IMG/VR virus record: IMGVR_UViG_3300033066_001283
Span: 1-64,000 of that record
Origin: a virus
Lineage: Duplodnaviria; Caudoviricetes
Strand: one strand, 5' to 3'
Length of the DNA stretch: 64,000 nucleotides
Shown here: positions 45,779-56,907 of the stretch, piece after piece
How the letters are laid out: each line of letters begins with the position of its first letter
How positions within the stretch are numbered: the stretch's first letter is position 1
The notes under the pieces: generated by a model
What the model saw: only the letters and a program-made list of their open reading frames with translations
Told to the model about the DNA's origin: nothing
Database searches by the model: none
Program-made: the position numbers and the translations under genes

Positions 45779-47344
45779 TTACACCGTATCAAAAATAATT
45801 TCAAATTCAATTCCTGGAGGCATTTGACTTTTAACAATCTCATAAATCTGTGAATATGTAAAGGTTGTTGGGTCTGGATCATCCTCACTGTCTTTAAGTA
45901 GTGAAGGATCAATCTTGACTTCTACAACTCCACCTTCTTTAACTACTTCTCCTTCCCAAATACCTTGATCCCAGAATCCTTTAAGGGTATCAATACCATC
46001 AGTATTTGTATCGATTGCAGTATAAGAATAATCTTCAGGAACTCCACCACCCCTATTTCTAATGTCTGCAATAGAGGTAGAATTAATAGAGGCTGGTGCT
46101 GCTAATACAAACTTTCCTAATGGAAGCATTGAGGGAATTTCTTCTGAGAAAATATCACTGAAGAATGTACCTACTTCATCATAATAGTTTCTACCTGAAA
46201 TAGCATATCCCCAAGTAGAAGCTGTTGATCCACCAAATCTACTACCAATATTTTCAGTTCGTTCTCCTGAAATTAAATGCCTGACAAAATGTGTTTCACC
46301 ATAGTTGATGGCTCTAACAAATGTCATCACATATCTTCCATCAGTAAAAGGATCTTGTTCAACCTTTAGATAAGCACTCGGAAGAGCATAGATTGTTACT
46401 TGCTCTAGAAGTACATCAGAAGCAGGTCTTAGTTGATGTGTAGAATCATCAGTAATTAAATGTCCATACTCAGGATTAGAATCGAATGAATACCACAAAT
46501 TATTCTTATCTCTGAATCCTGTATAATTGTAGTAATCATTATAAGCTAAATAGGTAATTTCTACATACTCATCAGGACCTAGGCTCTTAGTAAGAGTAAT
46601 AGTTTTATTGACCTTATCAATAGATTTAATTAAGGAATGACTCTCAGTACCTGTAAAGTAAAGAGTATCAGAGTATGGAAGAGTTCCATTTACTCTTACT
46701 TCAGTTAGTATTTCAAGATTCTGAGTATACTTTAAAGTATTAGGACTAGTAATAGCTGGTAATTCTTTAACAGTTTTATATTGAATAGTGGCAGGGAAAT
46801 CAGGATGTGTACCAGTAGTTGTATTATATCTAGTCTCAGGAACTGTATAAATTAAGATAACAGTATCTTCTTCAACTAGACCACTTGCTCTTAACCAAGA
46901 ATCTGTTGGTTCAGTAGAGGGAACAGTATATTTTCTCCAAACTGTACCAGGCTTAATAATAGGTTGCCAGGTATTAGCTGGTGTAATATTAATACCTAAA
47001 ACCTTGATTGGATTATTAAGAATCTTTGGGGACCAGAATGTGTCACCTACTGTAACTGATACATTTCCTACTGATGAATAATTAGCGGGATCATCAGTAG
47101 TAAACATTGTATTCTTAACTGCTGGAATAAACAGAGAAAGATCAATAGTTGATCCTAATTGAATATCCTGTATTAATTCCCAGTTATAATCAATATGAGG
47201 GTAGTTCTCTTTAGCATACCTTTCAGCAGATAAAGAAGCTACAGCTGAATCAGGATGGAGAATTGGAGCAGCAATAAATGTTAATCCAACTAAGTCTAAT
47301 TCTACAGGAAGCTTTGGTCCAAAGTATAGATTTAATGAATTCAT
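45779..47344 (-). CDS. putative baseplate protein
   Basis: C-terminal DIRNRGGG...V.....PPG; position in the structural operon. Confidence 0.5.
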   Translation of the reverse strand: MNSLNLYFGPKLPVELDLVGLTFIAAPILHPDSAVASLSAERYAKENYPHIDYNWELIQDIQLGSTIDLSLFIPAVKNTMFTTDDPANYSSVGNVSVTVGDTFWSPKILNNPIKVLGINITPANTWQPIIKPGTVWRKYTVPSTEPTDSWLRASGLVEEDTVILIYTVPETRYNTTTGTHPDFPATIQYKTVKELPAITSPNTLKYTQNLEILTEVRVNGTLPYSDTLYFTGTESHSLIKSIDKVNKTITLTKSLGPDEYVEITYLAYNDYYNYTGFRDKNNLWYSFDSNPEYGHLITDDSTHQLRPASDVLLEQVTIYALPSAYLKVEQDPFTDGRYVMTFVRAINYGETHFVRHLISGERTENIGSRFGGSTASTWGYAISGRNYYDEVGTFFSDIFSEEIPSMLPLGKFVLAAPASINSTSIADIRNRGGGVPEDYSYTAIDTNTDGIDTLKGFWDQGIWEGEVVKEGGVVEVKIDPSLLKDSEDDPDPTTFTYSQIYEIVKSQMPPGIEFEIIFDTV

Positions 47345-49026
47345 AGTACTATCCTCTCAGTTTGTGCGTCTCCATCTTCACCATAAAGAATTTCTCCACC
47401 TTGTGGAAGCATATTAAACTCTAGAATTGATGTAAAGTTAGGAGCATAAGCATCTTGAACTAATCTAATACTTCCTACTTTTGGAACCTTATCTTGGCCA
47501 ATAAATATAGTTGATTTATCAGAATGAAGTGTATAGATATAACTCCTAGGAATTCCATCTAAGGATATAGCATTAGCAAAGCATCTAATATATCCATCGT
47601 TATTAACCTGATTAGTTTGTATAGTATTTAGCCATCCTGAGGTCCATTTAGCCATAGTAACCATATTACCAAAGGTATCAACTGTTATGGTTAAGTTCCC
47701 TGAAACTGAAGTGGTTAATGAGGATGCAGTTAAGGTAAACAGTATACTACTCATAGAACTAGCAGGAGATAAAAGAATATGGAATTCTCCTCTGCCATCA
47801 GTTACACTTCCAGTAGGAGATGTAGATACTGCGGACGCTCCTGTAGTATAACTATAGACTATTGGGTAGTATGGAATTGGTAGTTGATTCTCATCATACA
47901 AAGCAGCTGATATAAATACAGGCTCGTTGTATGTTCCACACACTACAGATTTATCAGCTTGTAATCTTAAGAATGAAGGTTTCCAATAACTACTTATACT
48001 AGAAGCAGGATTAGAATGGAATAAATATCCAGCTCTTACTGAATCACTGAAAATGGGATTATAGTTTAGAGTAGTACCATTTTGAATCGTAGCTGATTGT
48101 ATAATATCCGGAACTGAAGATTCATAATCTACTATAAAGTTATCATATGCATTCAATCCAATAAAGTACTGAAGCTGATTATGATCAGTTAATACATATG
48201 ATTTAGTAACGTAGTACTCTAAGGCTACCCAATCTCCTAATGCACACCCTGTAAGTGTATGAGATATATAGTTACTACCAGTTACAGCCCCAGTAACAGT
48301 GTATACTTGATCACCTCTATACACTTTTACATTTTCAATATTACGGTAGCTAGCCCTTACTCCTCCACTTTCCTGGAATGTTAATTCCCTTACTCTCAAC
48401 TTTGGAACCGTGTAGAGTATATCTGCCCACGCTTGTGGTGATGTAGTACTTTTTATCCAAACTTGATTATTAGTTTGATCATACCAATATAGTTTATTGG
48501 AAAGTAGATCTCCAGTAGACGCTACTGCTCCAAAATATAGATTTGTCAGATCCCTTATATTCAGTAATAGAGAAGAAGACGGTAACGTTGCTACATAGCA
48601 CGTACCACTTAAGGCCCACGTTAGCGATACAGCAGGGTAAAAGCAGTTATGGTGAATTGTGTAGGGTTCTTTAGTAGAAGAGCTGTACACAAGAACTGGG
48701 CCCCAAGAAGGCCTAAATGAAATTGACTCAGAGATGATACCTGAAACTGATGATGTGGTTGTGTACCCACCTGATGCTATACCAACACTACCTGAGACTG
48801 CAGCAATAAGTTTAGTCGCTTTTACTGAATAATTATATTGCTCAAAGTTATCGTGATAATACCAACCAGTATTAATATATCCGGTCCATTTTCCAGTATT
48901 AGAAATAACTGGTTGAAATGCTAAATCTTGAAGGTCACCAATACCACTTCTGGGATAGTTTACAGTTTCAAGAAAATTAGGTAATAGATTTTTTAGCCAT
49001 GTCGGCCAACTACTTCTTTCTAACAT
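47341..49026 (-). CDS. putative virion protein with Ig-like domain
   Basis: LYDENQLPI...VTDGRGE Big-1-like pattern. Confidence 0.5.
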   Translation of the reverse strand: MLERSSWPTWLKNLLPNFLETVNYPRSGIGDLQDLAFQPVISNTGKWTGYINTGWYYHDNFEQYNYSVKATKLIAAVSGSVGIASGGYTTTSSVSGIISESISFRPSWGPVLVYSSSTKEPYTIHHNCFYPAVSLTWALSGTCYVATLPSSSLLLNIRDLTNLYFGAVASTGDLLSNKLYWYDQTNNQVWIKSTTSPQAWADILYTVPKLRVRELTFQESGGVRASYRNIENVKVYRGDQVYTVTGAVTGSNYISHTLTGCALGDWVALEYYVTKSYVLTDHNQLQYFIGLNAYDNFIVDYESSVPDIIQSATIQNGTTLNYNPIFSDSVRAGYLFHSNPASSISSYWKPSFLRLQADKSVVCGTYNEPVFISAALYDENQLPIPYYPIVYSYTTGASAVSTSPTGSVTDGRGEFHILLSPASSMSSILFTLTASSLTTSVSGNLTITVDTFGNMVTMAKWTSGWLNTIQTNQVNNDGYIRCFANAISLDGIPRSYIYTLHSDKSTIFIGQDKVPKVGSIRLVQDAYAPNFTSILEFNMLPQGGEILYGEDGDAQTERIVL

Positions 49027-50429
49027 TAATTAAATGTGGATCCTCCCACTGTAATCCCTTCTTCTTTCTCCCAGTACCATTTTCTAATATGCTTAGAAAC
49101 TTCTTGAACCTGAACCTTACTGAAACATACCATGTTAAAGTGTTTCTTTAGACTAGAGCTTTGAGAAACTGTTGTGGAACTTTTAGTATACACAACTCTT
49201 GAGTATCTAACTGATACATCTTCCTGATGGGCATTGATAAGTCTCTCTGATAAACTAGTAATTACATTTCCTGATACAGAATATTCTGTGGTTTGGAGGA
49301 TAGTATTATTCACTCTTATTTCAACAAGATCAGGAATATTTAATAAGTACCAGTTATTCCCATTCTTTATTGGCTGTTCAGTTAAATAGACTGTAGGCTT
49401 TTGATCCCAAACATTAAAATCTACTGTTCCTGTAGGAAGCGTATAGGGTGTGTCATCAGTTCCCCAAAGAATAGCTACACCTTTTCCTAGGCTAGCAGAT
49501 ATTCTTTCTTCAACAGTATTAGCAACAGTAATGAAGTGATTCCTAGCCTGAAGTGTTACATTAGTTTCAGATTTATTTCTCTTCAGTTGATTATACTTAG
49601 CAAATGTATCCCAAGTATTCTCAATATAGTATGGCTCTAGAAATATTTTCTGACCATCTATTTTCAGATAGATGGCTTCACTAAGGACATTAGCATGATT
49701 AAGATCAGATAGGAATGAAACTACATACGTTCCAGCTAATCCTAAGTAGATTTTATTTCCAACTATTCTATTATCCTTAGCGTCTAGATAAATCGTATCA
49801 TTAAAAGGATCAGTAATAATAATTAGCGAATCAGCTATCGGAGGATCAAATGCAACAATAGGTCCTATATCTATATATCCAGAGCTACCATCTACTACGT
49901 AAGAAACTATAGCTAAGTTCTTAAAGTAAATCCCTTTACTGGTAATGGCAAAGCTAGGAGATAACTTTTCTGATAATAGAGAGCCTATAGAATCTTTATA
50001 AACTAAAGGTATTTCTATCGATCCTGAAGCAAGCACAACTGTAGGAATATAGTTCTTTGGTTGAATATACTTAGCAAAGTAAAGAACTCTCTCTTCACTT
50101 ATCTCACCAAAGAACTTAGGTACTATAGATTGTGTAAATCTATGAAACAGATCATTCTGATTAGCTAGTGCTATCCCATAAAACTTTCTTAAAGTAGAAC
50201 TAGAGCTGTAATTAGCTTCTAACCATCTAGGAATCCAAGGTACTCTAGGTAAATACTGAAAGTTTTCAACGAATGGGTAAAGAAAGTCTGTAGAAAATCC
50301 TGTAGCTGTAACAGAATAAACACCAAGAACAGCCGATCTTGTAAAAGTATCAATCGACCCAATAGGGGTTAAAATATTCCAGGGATCTAGAAAAGCTGCT
50401 TCCCTTTTACGCTCAACACTAATTGGCAT
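49026..50429 (-). CDS. putative baseplate wedge-like protein, paralog of 60075..61490
   Basis: IPRWLEAN and NTWDTFA....L.R..SETN.TL shared with 60075..61490. Confidence 0.5.
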   Translation of the reverse strand: MPISVERKREAAFLDPWNILTPIGSIDTFTRSAVLGVYSVTATGFSTDFLYPFVENFQYLPRVPWIPRWLEANYSSSSTLRKFYGIALANQNDLFHRFTQSIVPKFFGEISEERVLYFAKYIQPKNYIPTVVLASGSIEIPLVYKDSIGSLLSEKLSPSFAITSKGIYFKNLAIVSYVVDGSSGYIDIGPIVAFDPPIADSLIIITDPFNDTIYLDAKDNRIVGNKIYLGLAGTYVVSFLSDLNHANVLSEAIYLKIDGQKIFLEPYYIENTWDTFAKYNQLKRNKSETNVTLQARNHFITVANTVEERISASLGKGVAILWGTDDTPYTLPTGTVDFNVWDQKPTVYLTEQPIKNGNNWYLLNIPDLVEIRVNNTILQTTEYSVSGNVITSLSERLINAHQEDVSVRYSRVVYTKSSTTVSQSSSLKKHFNMVCFSKVQVQEVSKHIRKWYWEKEEGITVGGSTFN

Positions 50430-51244
50430 TATACATATTCACTTCTGGTAAATACAGAACCTGAATCGTACTTACTAGAAGTTGCTAGAAGAGTAACAGT
50501 ATCATCTCTATACAGATTCTCTGTACTAGTTGTCTGTTCTCTCTTAAATTTGGTAATTGCTAACAACCAACCAAGTATACTATCAACAGTATAAGTAGTT
50601 GGTGCAACAGTTGGATTGGTTACAACAGTCCCAAGTAGATTAGATGAAATCTTATTAGCTGCTGCAGTAGAAACACTGGCTGCAGTAATAGCATCTGTAC
50701 CTAATGTACCAGAGAAAGTAGATCGGCTACTAATTGCCGCATCTAAATAATCAAGATAAGGAGCTCTAGTAGTTGTATATCCTTGAGCTGTCAATCCTGT
50801 TCTCACATCTGTGGCAACATTAGTGTGCTCTGCTGTAGTTAGAACAGCAGTTACAGTTTGAGAAATACTAGTTAAAGTACGTGTTCCAGCAGCCCATACA
50901 TTAGTAGGTACTGAACCAATGGCTGAATCAATTCTAGATAATCCTAGGCTAGTTGCGTCTTCTGGATCAAAAGCAACTATCTGATAAAGGGCATCAACTG
51001 GATCACAACCTGTTCCAGTAACATGTAAAGCTAAGGGCCCCAAAGTATTAGTATCTACAGTTGTGGGGGTAAGTTTATACCACCCATAAGAGAGCTCAGT
51101 AATAGAACCAGCAACTGCAGCAAACCCAGCTCCATTCTTACTAATATATGCAGTAGGAGTTACGCCTGTCTTACCTGTGATATGGCTAGTAGCATCTATC
51201 ATCAAAAAGAGTAATGGTTTTGTTGAAGATTGTTTAATTAACAC
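50429..51244 (-). CDS. putative virion fibre/decoration protein
   Basis: PTAYISKNGA.F...ELSYGWY.L....DT.TLG.L; VWAAGTRTLT; LDAAISSR. Confidence 0.55.
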   Translation of the reverse strand: MLIKQSSTKPLLFLMIDATSHITGKTGVTPTAYISKNGAGFAAVAGSITELSYGWYKLTPTTVDTNTLGPLALHVTGTGCDPVDALYQIVAFDPEDATSLGLSRIDSAIGSVPTNVWAAGTRTLTSISQTVTAVLTTAEHTNVATDVRTGLTAQGYTTTRAPYLDYLDAAISSRSTFSGTLGTDAITAASVSTAAANKISSNLLGTVVTNPTVAPTTYTVDSILGWLLAITKFKREQTTSTENLYRDDTVTLLATSSKYDSGSVFTRSEYV

Positions 51245-51402
51245 TTTTGAATTCCCCTACTAGCTGCTCTCTCATTTCTTGGTGATACTGATCTAAATAA
51301 TGATCCTGCAAATCCTGCTGAAAGTCCTCCAAACCAAAACATGAAGAAGCTTCTTTTACCTGCTGTATTTGAACTTGCACTTCCACCAAATAATAAGATC
51401 AT
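51238..51402 (-). CDS. small hypothetical protein (54 aa)
   Basis: MILLFGG...RSFFMFWFGGLSAG...QKC* fills the gap and overlaps the next start; not in the ORF track. Confidence 0.55.
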   Translation of the reverse strand: MILLFGGSASSNTAGKRSFFMFWFGGLSAGFAGSLFRSVSPRNERAASRGIQKC

Positions 51403-51406
51403 AATA

Positions 51407-51414
51407 AAATAGAG
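51407..51414 (-). promoter_or_regulatory. CTCTAYTT motif (candidate phage promoter)
   Basis: CTCTATTT-TATT-ATG makes up the whole 12-nt intergenic spacer. Confidence 0.45.
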
Positions 51415-53817
51415 CTACCCACTAAATGTTCCTGAGAAAGAAGTATTTCTGGCAGCAGTTACTTGCGATGGTCCATTATAAACTGGATCACTATAAGTAG
51501 AATTAGAATCATAACTATTATCAGTGAAATAAAGATCATACCCAAATCTACCACCATTTTGTGTCAAGACATTTTGTACATATGGATATGACCAAGCCGA
51601 GTACCCTGAAGTAGTACCAGTGTAATACTTTACATAATTATTTTCAAAGTTTTTCCAATCCTGAATTCTCTGTCCATAGAATGGAATATCTGTAAATGAA
51701 CACCCACCAGTAACATTATTGAAAATAAAGGTACTAATACCATTAGAATTTGTTACAATTGCTGAGGATGATAAGGTACCTGTAACTACAAATCCAGTAG
51801 TTACTGCATTAAGTGCTGTTTGTAATCCAGCTGTTCCAGTACTTGTATTAATAGTAGCAGTAGTTCCAGCAGGCAATGTTATGTTGTAAGTACCAGAACT
51901 ATTGATTCTAAATCTTTTTATTGTGTCTTGATACACACTAGATGGAAGCTCATAGGCAGTAGCACCTCCACCATTGACTATTGAGAATGTGGACATTCCA
52001 TATCCATTCACTAAAACAAACTCTGTAGTATTTACTCCAGTAGTATCATAGACACAGTAAATATTTGGATCTGGATAGGATCCTAAGTAATGCATAGCTA
52101 AAGCATACTTAATAGTAAATACATAATCACTAAGAGGAACTGCAGTGGATAAAGGCCCTACCGTAAATCCATCTACTACAATACTATGAGTTCCCACAGT
52201 TGTTGGAACACACCATTTTCTTTCATACGTACTATTATTAGAGAAAGCGTCAAATCTTCCAATTCCAGCTTGATATACCCAGACAATATCTTGAGTACTA
52301 TAGAATACATTTCCTGAAGCAATATTTCCATGCCCAGTAGTTAGCATGATTCCTCTAGATGCTCCAGACACTGTATTACTTGTTACTATATTCCCTGGAG
52401 CCTGATCATCTAGATATATTCCAGTAATGAAAGCTCCTGTAGACCCTGGAAAATAAGAAGCATTTAGAGTTACATTCTCAATATAGTTGTTTTTAATTAC
52501 ATTATTAGCAAAGTCCCAGTTTCTACCATACACATAGATTGCTCCAGCATCTGACATTTGATAGCAACTATTCTTAATATAGTTACCTGAAATAGTATTA
52601 TCGTTACCCCTTAAAGCAATACCTTGCCCAGGAGTATTCATAATTACATTATCTTTTATCAGTGAGTTTTTAACTCCACCAAAGTAGTAAACATTACCTA
52701 CTCCATAAATTCTGGTATTATTATCTGAGATATTACAGTTGATTATATTAAACTTCTGATCAAATAAAATAGCTCTAGCTTTTGTATTGTTTCCACCACC
52801 TGTAGAAAGAACAACACCACCATACCCACACTGTCTGAATACACAGTTTATATAGCTAATATTCTGGGATATAGTTTTATCAGTATCATCACTTAATTGA
52901 GCTCCATAAGTTGTAGCTCCATCAAATAAGCAGTTAACAACTGAAGTATTTTGGCACTTATTTATTCTAGTACCTCTTCGTCTAGAATAGTAAAAGTTAA
53001 GATTTTTGATTGTGGTATTAGCACAAGTATCTAGGTAAAGAAGATAATCATAGCAGATTGGAATGTATGCATCATATCCAGTAGTATCTGGTAGAAAGTA
53101 TAAATCAAAAGCTGTACCACTTTGATTTAAGTAATAATTACCTACATCAAATTCTTCTGGTACATTGACTATACGAAATCTTCCATTAACTGTTAAAGTT
53201 GATGAAGTGCCTAATCCTGGACTTCCCCATGTAATAGTATTTCCAGCTGCAGTTATATTAGCTACTCTTACATCACTATAAGTAGTACCCATAAATGCAT
53301 GCACAAATGCACTAGAAGTATCAGAATAAGTGAATGTTTTACCAGTTACTGTGAATGACGTACTTCCTATAGTATCAACAAAAGCCCAATCAGATCTTGG
53401 CCATTGAGGTAAAGTCTGTTTTACACCATTATAATAAAGCTCCATATACCTTGGCTCATTATTTAATAGAGTTTCATTAGCAGGTGTATCAAAAGAGCTA
53501 GGTGTAATACCAAAATCTCTAAGATTAACTTTAACAATACTAGCTCTTAAAGACGAAGGTAATCTACTCCATAGCACATCAGAGGAGTTTATAGCTGTCC
53601 ATGCTGACCACGGTATTTTAACTCCTCCAATAATGTTAGCTCCATTACCCTCTACATACACTCCTGAAGCTGTGACAGATAATTGAGTTGTGATAAAGTA
53701 ATCACCAGGCATAAACTCAATTCTGGTATTGCTAGTATTTAATGCAGCTGTAATTGTAGCTTGTGAATCACCAGGACGAAGTATCGTATTTGGTGTAAGC
53801 TTGGCTTTAATACGCAT
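51415..53817 (-). CDS. right-handed parallel beta-helix protein, putative polysaccharide depolymerase/tailspike
   Basis: FMPGDY, ELYYNG..Q....WP, EEFD.G.YY, GNDNTI..N.I, DAGAIY, GIYLDD. Confidence 0.8.
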   Translation of the reverse strand: MRIKAKLTPNTILRPGDSQATITAALNTSNTRIEFMPGDYFITTQLSVTASGVYVEGNGANIIGGVKIPWSAWTAINSSDVLWSRLPSSLRASIVKVNLRDFGITPSSFDTPANETLLNNEPRYMELYYNGVKQTLPQWPRSDWAFVDTIGSTSFTVTGKTFTYSDTSSAFVHAFMGTTYSDVRVANITAAGNTITWGSPGLGTSSTLTVNGRFRIVNVPEEFDVGNYYLNQSGTAFDLYFLPDTTGYDAYIPICYDYLLYLDTCANTTIKNLNFYYSRRRGTRINKCQNTSVVNCLFDGATTYGAQLSDDTDKTISQNISYINCVFRQCGYGGVVLSTGGGNNTKARAILFDQKFNIINCNISDNNTRIYGVGNVYYFGGVKNSLIKDNVIMNTPGQGIALRGNDNTISGNYIKNSCYQMSDAGAIYVYGRNWDFANNVIKNNYIENVTLNASYFPGSTGAFITGIYLDDQAPGNIVTSNTVSGASRGIMLTTGHGNIASGNVFYSTQDIVWVYQAGIGRFDAFSNNSTYERKWCVPTTVGTHSIVVDGFTVGPLSTAVPLSDYVFTIKYALAMHYLGSYPDPNIYCVYDTTGVNTTEFVLVNGYGMSTFSIVNGGGATAYELPSSVYQDTIKRFRINSSGTYNITLPAGTTATINTSTGTAGLQTALNAVTTGFVVTGTLSSSAIVTNSNGISTFIFNNVTGGCSFTDIPFYGQRIQDWKNFENNYVKYYTGTTSGYSAWSYPYVQNVLTQNGGRFGYDLYFTDNSYDSNSTYSDPVYNGPSQVTAARNTSFSGTFSG

Positions 53818-54923
53818 TAGGTTTTATATGTATCAAGTGTTACACGAACAGCTCCAAAGTTACTTGTATTAGCCGAGACAACATAGTAATAGTACCCAGT
53901 ATCTAATCTATAAGAAAATGCTATAGCTTGGCCAACACCAGATGCAATTAAACCTGAATCATAAAATGAGACTGTATCAGCAAGAGTACCAACATAGTTA
54001 AAGAGTTGCAATCTAAGTGTTCCAGGAGTAGATATAGCACCAGAGCTGTCTACTTGAACAACACCGAATCTAGCAGCTGTTACATCTAAATATCCAGTAG
54101 AGTTAACAGTAGTGGTTAATAATCCAGAAGCTTTAATATTACCTTGGGAACCAGCAGTTCTGACCACATCGCCGGTTGTCCATAAAGCTCCTCTAGAGTT
54201 AGTTCTAAAGACTGTGTAATCTCCTTCTGCATTAACAGTCCAAGCTTCTGATCCACCTAATGCATCATCTCTTACTGAGAATACTGAAACTCCAGTGTCA
54301 GCATTTACAAAGGCTGCATCCTCAGCTTTACCTAAGTTTGTAGCAGATGTTCCTGGAACTACTGAGAGTATATCAAATGATCCACCAATTGTAGTGGGTT
54401 GCCCTATTACTAACCCTAATGTTTGACCAACATATACTATATCTGATCCTGTAGTTGGTACATCCGATGTTACTGAGGAAGCTACAGAAGCAGCAGAGTT
54501 AAGGCCTGCATTATTAAAGTAAATATTACCAGCACCGGATAATGCTATAACTTTAGCCCCCACCCAGGTAGCTGACCAACCAGAGTTAAGCAAATATCTA
54601 GCACCAGTACCTGTAGCAGTTGGAGTTAAGGTTTTAACAGCTACTGTTGAACCAGAAGCATCATACATTTCTAATGTTGCAATTCTAGATCCATCAGTAA
54701 TAAAAGCATATGTATAGATTGCTGGAGATAGAGGTTTAGTAGGTAAAGTTATAGAGTCTTTAACCTGAACATACAAACCACTAGTGGCATCACCAGGAAT
54801 AGCAGCAGTACTATCTAGTGTGCCATCAACTAGTTTAACACGTTGATAGTGTGCGCCACCAGCGTCATCTGTTGCAATTGTACTTCCTGATACAGGATTG
54901 TTATAATTAAGATTATCTGCCAT
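53817..54923 (-). CDS. putative virion fibre protein
   Basis: IATDD.GG.HYQRVKL.DG N-terminus; PGTSATNLGKAEDAA...DTGV. Confidence 0.55.
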   Translation of the reverse strand: MADNLNYNNPVSGSTIATDDAGGAHYQRVKLVDGTLDSTAAIPGDATSGLYVQVKDSITLPTKPLSPAIYTYAFITDGSRIATLEMYDASGSTVAVKTLTPTATGTGARYLLNSGWSATWVGAKVIALSGAGNIYFNNAGLNSAASVASSVTSDVPTTGSDIVYVGQTLGLVIGQPTTIGGSFDILSVVPGTSATNLGKAEDAAFVNADTGVSVFSVRDDALGGSEAWTVNAEGDYTVFRTNSRGALWTTGDVVRTAGSQGNIKASGLLTTTVNSTGYLDVTAARFGVVQVDSSGAISTPGTLRLQLFNYVGTLADTVSFYDSGLIASGVGQAIAFSYRLDTGYYYYVVSANTSNFGAVRVTLDTYKT

Positions 54924-54927
54924 GATA

Positions 54928-55455
54928 TTATGTGGTTGGGTCTACGGTAATTATTGGAGCCGCAGCAGCATTCGTTGTAACATCTGCCCTCCAAGCTTCA
55001 GTTGTGTCATCTTCTTTAGTAATAATAATTTGACCTGAGGAAGCATCAACCTTATTTCTTAATACTCTCAATGCATTTCTAACTGATCTTACATTAGTAT
55101 CTGATCCAGTTGCTAGTGAAGTATCTAATAGTGCTGTAGCTACTGCTGTTAAACTAGTAAATATTTGTTCTGGATATACAATTTGGGTATATGGCACCAT
55201 TCCAGTCTTCTGCGCTTTCAAAATAATAACATTACTAGCCATATCAGTAGTATTAACATCTACGTACCAATGGCCTGAAGCAATGTTAGTAACAGTATAT
55301 TGTGTAGGTGCAGGAGAGTTAGATCTAGTAGTAAAAGCAGCTCCATTCTTAGAGATTGTTACAGTAGGTGCAGTTGCAGTATCTGTATCCAAGCCTCCTA
55401 AGGAGTCCCTCATTTCAAACACAAATCTAGTTTCAGTTCCGTAAATAATAGGCAT
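54928..55455 (-). CDS. putative virion protein, partial paralog of 50429..51244
   Basis: PTVTISKNGAAF...G.WY; VRNALR.LRNK...KEDDTT.AW. Confidence 0.55.
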   Translation of the reverse strand: MPIIYGTETRFVFEMRDSLGGLDTDTATAPTVTISKNGAAFTTRSNSPAPTQYTVTNIASGHWYVDVNTTDMASNVIILKAQKTGMVPYTQIVYPEQIFTSLTAVATALLDTSLATGSDTNVRSVRNALRVLRNKVDASSGQIIITKEDDTTEAWRADVTTNAAAAPIITVDPTT

Positions 55456-56069
55456 TAGGCTAATGTATCCGAATCGTATGTCTGCGCTTTACACTCAACT
55501 CTAACTGAGTCCCCAGCTGCATCATCACCGTAATCAAAAACTACTTCAATATAGCTACCACCATCAACCCAGACAGTCCAAGCATCGCACTTATTATAAA
55601 TAGTATCAGCAGCAGCTGAAGTGTGTGTATAAGTTAAGTTTCTATCTAAGAGAAAGGCAGTAGAGCTAGTAACTCTAGCTACTCTAGCATATTCTTCTCT
55701 AGCGCCACCCTGGTTAAAAATAAGGTAATCACCAGCAGCAAAAGAAGTAGTTGAGGCAACTGTAACTACAGCCTGACCTGAGGCAGAATCTGAAGTAGCA
55801 CAAGTAGTAGTTTGAGCTGCAGCATACTGAGTTCTAAAAGTAGCAACAGGGCATGGTTGTGCTATTGCGTTAGCATTTAATGTTCTACGAACTAGAACAT
55901 CAACACCATTTGTCTGTGCATTAGTTCCTGTTCTTCCAACACGAATAAAAAGCCATGCTCCTCGTTTAGATCTTAAATCTATAGTTCCAGATGTAGTAGC
56001 GTTTCTAGCTAAGGTAGCTGCTGCAACTACTGAAACATTATCTGTAAAAGTGGGTGTTAGTGTTGGCAT
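55455..56069 (-). CDS. putative virion protein
   Basis: SGQAVVTVASTTSFAAGD...REEY.RV beta-rich insert. Confidence 0.5.
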   Translation of the reverse strand: MPTLTPTFTDNVSVVAAATLARNATTSGTIDLRSKRGAWLFIRVGRTGTNAQTNGVDVLVRRTLNANAIAQPCPVATFRTQYAAAQTTTCATSDSASGQAVVTVASTTSFAAGDYLIFNQGGAREEYARVARVTSSTAFLLDRNLTYTHTSAAADTIYNKCDAWTVWVDGGSYIEVVFDYGDDAAGDSVRVECKAQTYDSDTLA

Positions 56070-56074
56070 TATTT

Positions 56075-56082
56075 AAATAGAG
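56075..56082 (-). promoter_or_regulatory. CTCTAYTT motif (candidate phage promoter)
   Basis: CTCTATTT 5 nt before ATG 56069, in a 16-nt spacer. Confidence 0.45.
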
Positions 56083-56085
56083 GAG

Positions 56086-56907
56086 TTAGAATAGAGTGTT
56101 ACGAATATTTCTACTAACATTAAATCCAGCCCCAATTCCTAATCCAGAGTAATTTGTAAAGTTAAATAAATCGTAAGGTGCATCATGAAGATTTTTCACT
56201 TCATAGGCAGTAAGTTCTTTATTGAAGATATAAAAAGCTAAACATAGATTATTAGTACCAGTGCCTGGTGAAACAGTTTTACCAGTTCCACCAGGATGAA
56301 CTGCAGCTGCAGTTGATGTAATTAATAGACCATCTACATAGAGAGCAGCGGTAGAGGTTTTCAATGTTTGAGCACCTATTCCATGCGTACCACATAAGGT
56401 ATGAAAGCCTGCTCCTGGATTTACTGATCCTTGTAGTAAAGTATCATTAGTTGCTCCAGCAGTTATACCATCAGTGTATTGAAATCTAGGAAATCCTGAA
56501 GATCCAAAGAATAGACTTATACTTGGGTTAGAATACCAAGTATCAAGAGCTATTATAGTAGAGAATGCTCCAGGTGTACCAACACAATTCACTACTGTAA
56601 ACACTGAAAACGGAAGACCAGAAGCAGTTGAAGCTAAAGAAGAATCAACCAATTGCCAGTTAGGGTGTACAATTTGGTTCTGTGCTGCAGCTGCATAATA
56701 AGCCACTCCAGATTTTGTAGGAACCCATCCATTAGCTGAATATGTAATCTGCTTAGTTTTAGTAATAATCTCTGCTGGAGAACCTGCACCTTCTGAGAAA
56801 GGCATAGCTAATACTAAATTCTTAGCCAGTGGATGTCGGTAATTAACTGATATATTCCCTGGGGGTTTTTGCCTTTTATCGACTGAAGTACTATAATTAC
56901 CTAACAT
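56086..56907 (-). CDS. LamG/concanavalin A-like lectin-domain virion protein
   Basis: HPLAKNLV..MPF.EG.G, FHT.CGT, LYVDG, IFNKELT..EV..L...PY. Confidence 0.7.
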   Translation of the reverse strand: MLGNYSTSVDKRQKPPGNISVNYRHPLAKNLVLAMPFSEGAGSPAEIITKTKQITYSANGWVPTKSGVAYYAAAAQNQIVHPNWQLVDSSLASTASGLPFSVFTVVNCVGTPGAFSTIIALDTWYSNPSISLFFGSSGFPRFQYTDGITAGATNDTLLQGSVNPGAGFHTLCGTHGIGAQTLKTSTAALYVDGLLITSTAAAVHPGGTGKTVSPGTGTNNLCLAFYIFNKELTAYEVKNLHDAPYDLFNFTNYSGLGIGAGFNVSRNIRNTLF